From assembly GCA_900617105.1 (NCBI GenBank), contig UYFQ01000855.1, positions 1 to 41,421 on the forward strand: DNA of 41,421 nucleotides, read 5' to 3'. The stretch's first letter is position 1. The number at the start of each line of letters is the position of its first letter. Of this stretch, positions 13,209 through 22,225 are shown piece after piece. The DNA is from Hydrurus foetidus. Taxonomy: Eukaryota. Under the pieces are notes generated by a model that was not told where the DNA came from, made no database searches, and saw only the letters and a list, made by a program, of their open reading frames with translations. The position numbers and the translations under genes were made by a program.

Positions 13209-13352
13209 TACCGTCTCACACGACGGGTGCGGAGGATTCTCGCACTTTTCAGCGCGCCGACACCCCTACTACCGAAAGCTGAATCACACTGGGACTCGAG
13301 CCGGCGGCCTTTCGATTACAGCCGGTTATTTAAACCAACTGCGTCAACACTC
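13158..13352 (-). ncRNA. tRNA-Tyr-like head plus structured 3' domain, module A (putative Pol III/SINE-like RNA)
   Basis: Minus strand: A-box-like TGACGCAGTTGG (from 13346), loop CT-GTA-AT, B-box GGCTCGAGTCC (13302-13292) at canonical tRNA spacing, structured domain 13272-13205 with a GAAA-capped hairpin, then T5 at 13162-13158. Confidence 0.45.
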
Positions 13353-13406
13353 GTTGGTATTACGACCGCTAATTACATATAGATACGAGACACACATCAT
13401 CTGTTT

Positions 13407-13415
13407 GAGAGGGTG
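13407..13415 (+). promoter_or_regulatory. Copia-1 polypurine tract
   Basis: GAGAGGGTG immediately 5' of the 3' LTR. Confidence 0.8.
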
Positions 13416-13637
13416 TGTTGATCACCGTACATACACACAGTACGTACACGTCGCGTACACCGTACATACACACAGTACGTACACGTCGCGTCGTACGCTA
13501 TCAGATTCAAACACATGCAATGTAGTCACAGTACCTCATAATGAATTCTCCAGTTTACACATAACTTAGTTCCAACACTCGTGAAACACGTAAATTACTT
13601 TCACATTTGGTACGCAATCAAATCTGCGTCATCAACA
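13416..13637 (+). repeat. Copia-1 3' LTR
   Basis: Direct repeat of 8126-8347, followed by TSD CGGCT. Confidence 0.97.
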
Positions 13638-14042
13638 CGGCTGTGTTGGGGAGTACAGACTTTTTTGGTAAAATAAAACGTAATACGCATACAGATGTCT
13701 GATAGCCTCGAGATCTCAACTCTCATCGCATAGAACTCTGCAGAAATCATTCGATACTGGATGTTATCGGATACCATCCAGCACCTCTTGTAGGTGAATA
13801 CGTGACGTATCTGATGCAGCGATTTGTCGAGCTGAGCAAAAATTACTCTAAAAGCAAAGCTTTTGAAGGTGATAACGACCTCCTGTTTCAGTTCATGGTT
13901 TCATAAGCAGTATTTTACCTTTGAGTTTGCTCTCCGACATACTGAGTCTTTCAGACTAGGTCGCTCATAACCCAATTGTTGGGACTATTGCATGATACAC
14001 AGTTTTTTTGTTCCTTGACATTCTTGAAAATTTAATTTCAGG

Positions 14043-16659
14043 ATGTCAAAAGGTGCAAAAGACATCACACTGCCGATCGAATACTGCGCGTTCATGGTGG
14101 CAATAATGATGACCCGTTACGAAACCAACTTTGAGAATAACAAAGTTCAACAAACAGTCAAAAACATTGCGAAAAAATTGAATTCTCTACGATTCGGACA
14201 GAAGCCAAATTATCACGTCACGGCACTAGCTCTCCACCATGGTGTAGCCATATTCAGAAAAGTTTCGATATCACAAGGCTACATGGTTATTGAAATGTAG
14301 GTGAAGACAAGCAGCTTCAAGAATTCATGTCTCTGTCGGGTGGAAAGAGAGGGTACGAAGTGAAGTTTCCCGATTTTGAGACGTCAACTTTGCCTGAGGA
14401 CTATACTGAAGAAATTCTCAATAATGCAATATTAACAAAGAAAGATTTCATTCTGCTGAAAAGCAATCATGCTAAATCAGTATTTTATTCGTGCTCCTCT
14501 GTTTCTATGGAGTTATTCGTCGATAGTGATGCGACGGTGAAAAAAAGTACAGAAAAAGAGGAAACATACTTATCGCCTCCTGCAGCTGTAGAAAAATATT
14601 CATTCAAAGCAAGGAAAGCGATCGACGAACTAAGTGATCGTTCAATCAAAAATAACGGCAAGAGAATTCTTGAATATGTGGAAAATGGTTACGGAGTTGT
14701 AGATGCAGAACTATAAATAAATGCAGCATATGATCTAGTTGTCAAAAATAATAGAAAGAATGGTACGCCTGAGTTAAGATCAATATCTTATTTAGAGCAA
14801 ATAAACGGGAAAAAAAATTACGATGAGGGAATTTTCGATAATGATATGCGAGTAGTGAGTGCACTAAGAGTGATTGAAAAAAAATGTGTTGTAATGTCTG
14901 CGAAAGAAAAATGCCAAATACTCACAGTGTTTGACGCTGTTAAATCTGTACTGACTGAAATTGGTATTGCAGATATCGACCATGAATCAGCTGAAGCAAC
15001 TCATAAATTGATACAATCACACAGTCAACTCTGTAACATGAGTATCAGATCGATTGTAAGGCTTAACGAATGCAGAGGCGCCGTATTAAAACAAAGAGGG
15101 ATAACAATTCAAACTAAATTTGAGGCCGAGGTTTGGGGTAACTTAATGTTGTGTTACTTCGACACAAACAACAACATGGTGAGAACAGTACCGTGATTTA
15201 TAATCATTTGTACTGCGTTTCTGTACTTACACTTATACCTGCACGTACGTACATAAACATACAGATTAACGATGAAGCTCCGATGGAAGCCAAAATTAAA
15301 TTCAATGTCGTTTACTCCTACGATGTTATTATAGAAACAGCAAAGGAGGTGCAGTCAAAATTGACTTGGCAGTCAAATGAGCAAGTCATAAATTTACAGT
15401 TATCAACTTCGTGGGTTCGAGGAATGTTAAATAGAGCATCACTAAGAAGGCGAAAGATTACGAGAGAAGATAAGGTGATACCAAGCATAAATGTGATAAA
15501 GGCCATTCTGAGGATAGGACAAGATATGTGCCTAGCTAAAGGTCATGATGAGAACACTATATTCAACATGGATGAGACAGCGTACACTTGGGCGGTTGGA
15601 CCCACGCACCTGTACGTCCCTTGCGATCAAGAAAGGGCATCAAATTTGGGGGTTGCAAACACAAAACTCTGCATTACAGCAATTATTACTGTTGGTGCTA
15701 ATGGTGCATTCGCCCCTCTGATGATCATAATCAAACATTCGGTATGCTCCAAAGTGCGTCCAGATCAGTCTAGAATGAAAGTTATCAAAGATTTGTTTAG
15801 ATGACCTGACTTCGGAGAAAGAAACGGATGGCGCTTAGTTCTGTGGGAGAAAACAATGCAGATTGGAGAAAAAATGGAAGATCATAAATGTTGGTACATG
15901 ACTCATGATCAAACAAATCAAGTTATAACGAGCCAACACAAGGCATGGTACGATCAAGTCAGAATGACAATGTGGTTAGAATTGATAATGCTTCCCATAA
16001 AGATGAGATTAGGAAAAATTTTAATATGGTTTGATAACTGCGGCTGTCATAAAACTGCTATAGTGCAAGACTACATTGAAGAGATCGGAATAGATGTGGC
16101 TTATCTTCCTCCTAATATGACGGCGATATCACAAGTATTAGATTTGGTAGTTAACGGTCCTCTCAAGGCACACGTTAGACAGTTGAGAGCTAAGAGATTA
16201 GTACGCAGTTTCAAAGAATTCATGGAGTTTTACCGTCAGGATAGTGAAAAAATTGAGGGCGAAAGAGAAAATCCGACTTTTTTACCGCCTAAACCGGAAA
16301 TGGTGCAAGCTGGAATAGATCTATTCCAGCTATTCGAGAACGGATTTAAGGAGGAAAAATTCAGAAATGGGATTAAGTCATCATTCATCAAAACGGGGAC
16401 TATGCCCATCAGATCCAACGACTCAGACGCCTACCATTTTGTTGAATATACTGCTAATCTGATAAACGGTACCATGAAAACCGTTGTCCCCACAGGGACC
16501 AAAATGGAATCGGTCGTAGGCCCAGTTGCAAATGATGAAATGATGCTAGAAGAGGCAATAAACATGTTTGTGGATGGCGAGGACGTCGACGAAGTCACTG
16601 ATGAGAGTGTAGAAGCCGAGGACAGCTTAGACGGAGTGACTGAAGAATGCGATGAGTAG
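14043..16659 (+). pseudogene. pogo/DDE_1-type transposase, disrupted
   Basis: Catalytic motifs IFNMDET, IWFDNCGCH and YLPPNMTAISQVLDLVVNGPLK, with 35 residues between the 2nd and 3rd D. CENP-B-like LSTSWVRGMLNRASLRRRK. Intron 15179-15264. In-frame stops at 14714-14716 and 15802-15804 and a frame break near 14270-14300. Confidence 0.85.
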
Positions 16660-16789
16660 TGATATTCAAATTATCACATAAGTATTTTTTTCAATTTCAT
16701 TTTATTCCACTTTAGTTAGTTGCAAAATAAAATTGCGCGACAGCAGTTTAAGCTCATTAATTTTAATTCCAACATGTTCAAATATTAAA

Positions 16790-17305
16790 TCAAATTATAC
16801 GGGTAGGATTCAATCCTTTCTCATGCATATATAGCATCAGTGAATCAATCCAGGTAGTTGAGTTGTTAGATTGCACGACAATATCAATATCGTATCCTAG
16901 TTTACTACAGTTCGTGTCATTGTAGCTCAGCAGGACAACAAACAAACAACCCGATTTGTAGCGAGAGCAATCAGTTGCACTCGAAGGATTACCCTCAAAA
17001 CCTGCATCCATCAATACCGCCAGGACTTTGGCACAATCTTTCGCAACGTGTCCAATGTGCTGTCCGTGATCAAAACGAGCACCATCTCCATCGCCGCCTG
17101 AGCGTGGAGCCTTAATCTGGATGCAGTTACTGTCTGTAAAAAATGATGATCGATTACTATCGTCGAGGGTTGATATTTAGAAGGAGGCCAAACGCTCACC
17201 ATGAACGTTGGCACTGTTGCGAAGTAGAGCGCAGACTGTTCCTTGGAGGACCTTGAAAGCGGAAACTCCCTTTCCACGGCTCTTGACCTTGATAATGTCT
17301 TTCAT
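16790..17305 (-). CDS. HIRAN-domain protein (149 aa), cargo gene inside the pogo-like element
   Basis: Exons 17305-17200 and 17133-16790 joined by a 66-nt GTGAG...TTTTACAG intron. Product MKDIIKVKSRGKGVSAFKVLQGTVCALLRNSANVHDSNCIQIKAP...GQHIGHVAKDCAKVLAVLMDAG... matches the HIRAN pattern L.R...N..D.NAI.V...G..IG(H/Y)V....A..LA.L.D.G. Confidence 0.7.
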
Positions 17306-17734
17306 GCTGTTGATGAAAATAAGGTTATAATTTTGAGACAAAAGCTGGGTATTATGGTCTGTAACTGCTTTTCGATATATTAGAATGGAGTTTCTTGATG
17401 ACTTTCGACGGTAGTCATGTGCTATAGAGGCCAATCACTCGAATCCAAAAGCAAGCAGGTGAAATTGTCGGATCGAAAAAATATCTCGCTTAAAAAGTCG
17501 AGATGAGTGCTGAAATTCAACAGGTAGAAAATTGAAGGTGCACAGGATGAGAAACAACTTACTTCTCTCCAATCGGTGATGCGTGCACTTTTATCTTGGT
17601 CTGTGAGTTCTAGCGATTTGGATGTTGATAGACCTACGTTGCAATGCTCTCGGAGATCGGACTATTACCACCACACCACTGAGACTTTTACCAAAAAAGT
17701 CGTCGGAGACGGTATCCGGGGAAAATGCACTGTA

Positions 17735-18175
17735 GTAGTTGTATAGTATAATATGTGTACGTTATGCGGCACGTACGTACGTAAGCACATAAGTATATAT
17801 GCTAACATGCAAACGTACACTCGTACTTACACATGTTAATGCATACTTTTAAAAGCATGCGTACGCATACATACTTACACATGTACGTACATAGTCAATA
17901 TGCACGTACGTACGCACGCCTATAGCATAGCATACACCGGTATGGTCATGCACACACGTACACACGTACGTGCACATGTTAGTGCATACTATCATATGCA
18001 TACGTAAACACACGTACCTACATATGTACGTAAATATATAATATGTACGTATGTACGATCGCCTGTAGCGTAGTACATAGATGTATAGGCGTACATACGT
18101 AAGTACCCCTGTACTTACGCATGTGCGTTCATATACAGATACATGCATACGTATTCCTGTACTATCGCCATGTAG
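17735..18175. repeat. Low-complexity alternating purine-pyrimidine tract (TACGTA/TACA/TGCA-rich)
   Basis: About 440 bp dominated by tacgta, cacacgta, catatg and gtac words. Confidence 0.75.
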
Positions 18176-18378
18176 CAGTTAGTATGAACCCTCTGACCAC
18201 ACGCGAATGAACGTTCGCTTTTCATGATTCTTCAGTATCGCCAAAACACTTTGTTACTGTAAGCCTTCATTCAACGTTCCTCAAGCACATGCTATGAACA
18301 ACACATCTCGCTGTGAACTTTGTCTCAAGGTAGTTCCAATGTCATGAACTGTTCCGATAGCTCTTTTGCATGGCTATC

Positions 18379-18876
18379 TGTAAGATCTAATCAGAATTTA
18401 ATACGTTGTACTTCACAGCTTCGTCTACTCGATAGCTCACTGAATTGAGACAGTAGCCTGCAGCTACTTCTCCACCTTCGCTGCGAACGCTAGAAGGTGA
18501 CATCTTGTCTTTAGTCTTACAAGTTCCTCTCGAATAGCACGTTACTCAGCCAAAAACAACCGGTTGTTGAGTAAAAGGACTGCTTAAAAGTTCTCTGCGC
18601 GAGGGATTTTGGATTTTCCAGGCGATGCACTGGAAATCGACGAAAGGGACGAAGGAAACTATAGGAAAGAGACGATATCGGAGGCGAGTGACGTCACTGT
18701 GGCCCAGAAGGAACTAGGCTAGCGGGCTAGGAGGTGTTGGTTAGGCTTACAAGGGGTTGTCAAACTGTGAGAAGTGTAGGAAAACATCCTAATAGGTGGT
18801 TAGGAGTCTACCTAGAAGTCTACAGTGTGTTTGGGTATGTACCTAAACAGACGGAATGGGACCTCAGGCGGCTACA
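18379..18876 (-). mobile_element. Possible solo LTR
   Basis: TGTA...TACA termini with near-duplicate flanks GCTATC/GCTATT, no ORF. Minus strand shares short words in the same order (CCAAAATCCC, CAGTC, TGAGTAAC) with the LTR-like region at about 38700-38752. Confidence 0.3.
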
Positions 18877-18878
18877 GC

Positions 18879-19100
18879 TATTAGGACCGCAGAATAAAAC
18901 TTCGAAACGGTAATCCTGCACAGGGGAGGGTGCACAACAATAGCACTTTCAGGACTTTTCTATACGAAAAGTCCACAGAAAAATGAAAATTGGTTTAATT
19001 TTTCATTTTTTGTGTACTTTTCCGGTGTGCATCCCCCCTCATCAGACGTTTTTTTCTTTTTTCAGTGCGAAAGTGCAACTTTTATTCTCCGGGCGTAATA
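18879..19100. mobile_element. Imperfect about 220-bp palindrome (foldback MITE)
   Basis: Nested inverted pairs: TATTAGGACCGCAGAATAAAA / TTTTATTCTCCGGGCGTAATA, GGGGAGGGTGCACA / TGTGCATCCCCCC, and GAAAAGTCCACAGAAAAATGAAAATT / AATTTTTCATTTTTTGTGTACTTTTC around a centre near 18993. Confidence 0.65.
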
Positions 19101-19110
19101 CAGTACAGTA

Positions 19111-20057
19111 TACCAGTGCCGGTAATAACGCGGTTTCGGTAAAAACGCGGTTATTCGACCCGGCAGGTCCGATATCTCTCCAAATTCTTCATGAAAAAGT
19201 TTTTGTCAAACATTCTCACAGGTAGTTCCTATTTACTACGGTGACTAGACTCTAGCGCGACTTTTTTTAAATTTAAAATAAATTGCAAGAAACACTTTAT
19301 GTGTAGCTTGGAGGATTTCGATTTGCAATAGCTTCATCAAACTCGAAAACGAAACTAGAGGAAAGTCACCACATTTTAGCTGAAGCATAGCAAAATAATT
19401 GGTCAACAAATTTTAAACTGAATCAGAACCAACCACTTGCAGAATATGAATCAATAGGTGTTATTTAATTTCTTTGAACTTCCGTTAAAAATGCTTTATC
19501 CTCATCTTGGTTTCACCAGCCAGCAGGGTAATTGAAAAGTGCTACTTCCATTTCGGCAGTCGATTCTTTTGATAACCATAATGTCCTTCCTGATATTCCT
19601 ACTCTTTTAATTTCGCTCCAATTCATCTTGATTGCATCTGAAGAATGGTCATCAGTTTCAGAGACCAAAAATGTGCCTTTTTCACGTATTTGGGATGCGA
19701 TTTCCCAATATTTCAACGAAAAAGGCACATTTTTGGTCTCTGAAACTGATGCATCTCAGTGACTATCGTGATTTGTACGAAATCCTCGCGTATCCATACT
19801 AATATGACTGCTGCCTACAAGATAGAATACCTAACTCATACTCTTGCTTCATCTATATCCGACATTGGTGAATCGCCAAAAGTGAATAATGTCGATCTCG
19901 TGATGAAATCATCAATTTTAGAAAATTATAATAATCGAAACGGATGTAAAACTATCGAAGTATCTGTGAGAATGTTTGACAAAAACTTTTTCATGAAGAA
20001 TTTGGAGAGATATCGGACCTGCCGGGTCGAATAACCGCGTTATTACCAGCGCTGGTA
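19111..20057. mobile_element. Non-autonomous TIR element (MITE) with TA flanks, Tc1/mariner-like
   Basis: TIRs 19111-19221 and 19964-20057 (94 bp; the left copy has a 17-nt internal duplication). Ends TACCAG...CTGGTA with TA on both sides. No intact transposase. Confidence 0.85.
19650..19751. repeat. Perfect 34-bp inverted repeat (hairpin) inside the MITE
   Basis: CATCAGTTTCAGAGACCAAAAATGTGCCTTTTTC (19650-19683) is the exact reverse complement of 19718-19751. Confidence 0.95.
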
Positions 20058-20255
20058 TACGGTATACGCCCTCGGAACGAGGTGCCCCCTCTTTATTTCC
20101 CCCAAAGGGATAGAGCACGATCCGCCGGATTCCCCAGCGAATTCTCAAGAGGATTCAACTTCGATCTGAAGTCTGAATGAAGCCTTCAAGATATAATACG
20201 GAATATTCCGCAAATAAACACCATATTATACGACTTCATACTCAGTACTTTACCG

Positions 20256-21392
20256 ATGTCAACACAATTAAAACAATTATCAAATATGTCCTCACCTGAG
20301 TGGACTCCTGCACCTTCGGTCACAGCACTATTCGAGACAGCACTTGCTGGGAACAAGTGGGCTGGCACGAATGCCCCTACTGCAGGACCGAGGACTGAGA
20401 AAGCTTTGCCCTCTGGAAATGCCAAGTTTCAGCTTTACTCACTTGCCACGCCTGTAAGATATGCTTTTTTTGTGAAACAAATTGTTATGATTTCTCATTC
20501 ACTAAACTTCGCACATCTCATTCAAAACGATTTAGAACGGACAAAAGGTTAGCATCCTGCTGGAAGAGCTCGGCATTGATTACGATGCACATGGTGAGAT
20601 TTACACTGAATTTACTAACATATGCTCTCAACTGATTCGTATTGAATGGGCTGTGGTCATTACATTTATTCCTGCAAGTTGTGAACATTATGGATGGGTC
20701 CCAATTCACGAGCGGATTTTGCGCTGTAAATCCAAACTCCAAGATCCCAGCGGCAGTGGACAACGACGGTCCTGATGGGGAGAGGATAGAACTCTTTGAG
20801 TCTGGATCGATAATTTTGTACCTTGCTGAGAAGCACAAAAAGTTCTACCCCACAGATGTTAAATTGAGGGCCCAGATAATGAACTGGATTTTTTGGCAGG
20901 TGAAGTATGTTAAATCAGAGCAAATACTGTTACAGCTTGAACAAAACCCTCCATTCAGATCTTAATGGTATCGTTCATTTCTCTCAGATGGGTGGTCAAG
21001 GTCCTATGACGGGGAATTTCGGGCATTTTTTCGTGTACGCCCCAGCATCTAAAATTGAGACTCGGGACTACGGAGTGGCAAGGTACGGCATGGAGGTAAT
21101 GCGCCTATCTGACGTCCTTGATAAGCATCTTGCTTCACGGACTTATCTGGTGGGAGAAGAATATACCATAGCGGATATGACCTGCTTCACTTGGTACTAC
21201 CAGCTGAAGAACTACAAACACGCTTGCGGCGTCACGGCAGCAGAATATCTCGGCATGGAAAAGTACACACATGTGAATGCGTGGGCAGCGAGAATAGCCG
21301 CTCGTCCTGCTGTACAAAGAGGGCTGCAAGTGTGCGGCTTCAATGGTGTTGCCAAGCCATGGCTTGTTTCCAGCTCGGCGGTAGACGCATGA
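20256..21392 (+). CDS. Glutathione-dependent disulfide-bond oxidoreductase, YghU/YfcG (Nu-class GST)-like, 4 exons
   Basis: Exons 20256 (or 20286)-20453, 20536-20593, 20679-20899, 20988-21392. Motifs QLYSLATPNGQKVSILLEEL, VNPNSKIPA, LFESGSIILYLAEK, WQMGGQGP, EEYTIADM, RPAVQRG, plus a YghU-like N-terminal extension. Confidence 0.92.
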
Positions 21393-22225
21393 AAGGAAAA
21401 GGACGAGGCGCGGAAGAAGCAATGTCATTTTCAACGCTACAGTCAATTTTCACGAAAATATGGGTTTTAATACTTTGAAAGGCATAGTGTCTGAAAGTGA
21501 ATTGATTCATCGCGGCTATCGGACATGAAGTAACCCGGCGTAAGAGACTGCCGGTAATGCTAAATTTCTAATACACCTGCGGCTTTTGGGGTAATGTTTC
21601 CCCTTAAATATACTTTTCTTCCGCAAACAGTTGCCCTCAATGTAGCACATTTTTAAGCTAATTTATCTATAATTATTACAAGCGGCCGATTTGACGAGTG
21701 TGCTGACATGCGTCTCTTGCGTTAGTTGGGTGGACTGTGAAGTTTGTTTCACAGGAACACTTATGACGGAGGACGATTAGTCAGCCACCGCCGTAATTCC
21801 TCGACTTTTCCGTAAAAAAGGGAAGAGGATAATAGGGTCTACATGTACTTATTACTTCGCTGTCGTCAATGACATCGGGAGAGTTCACAAAAGGGACTGG
21901 GGTCATCTGATAAAATAGGTGCAAAATATTTCTCGAAGCAAAATCAATAGTCGCATATCATAGGCAAAACAGCGGGAGGATAGGGTAAAAGAGGACTTTA
22001 CATCATATCATCTGTAAGATTGCTGGGCGTTTGATCCCTGTAACATCAATCTATAGAGGTAAAAGCTCACTACAGCGCCTTAATGCGAGATGGAGCGCGT
22101 CTCGGCTTCTTTCGGCTCTAGTAGTTAAGGACGTTCTCGGAATCGTGGGATCCATAGTATTCCTGAATATCCGATGGTGAGGTGCAAGTTACTTATCACC
22201 GAAATTATTATGCTGTCCTGTAAAC

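Larger units (their letters stand above)
8126..13637 (+). mobile_element. Copia-1: full-length Ty1/copia LTR retrotransposon (CoDi-like), defective
   Basis: 222-bp LTRs (TGTTGA...TCAACA), perfect 5-bp TSD CGGCT (8121-8125, 13638-13642), domain order gag-PR-INT-RT-RH, PPT before the 3' LTR. Confidence 0.97.
8103..17732 (+). mobile_element. pogo-like (Tc1/mariner superfamily, DD35D) DNA transposon, apparently interrupted near its left end by Copia-1
   Basis: Exact 16-bp inverted repeat GACTTTTTTGGTAAAA at 13658-13673 and 17686-17701 brackets the DDE transposase. Putative termini TA|CAGTACA (8103) and TGCACTG|TA (17732). The outer TIR parts do not match well, so the exact left end is uncertain. 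Confidence 0.6.

Noticed and set aside
12976..13272. Hammerhead, 5S or SRP-Alu identity for the structured domains
   Set aside because: CTGAAAA...GAAT lacks the CUGANGA/GAAA core, and resemblance to 5S or Alu is limited to short words.
13081..13352. Functional tRNA-Tyr genes
   Set aside because: Acceptor, anticodon and T stems pair poorly; only the promoter boxes and spacing are tRNA-like.
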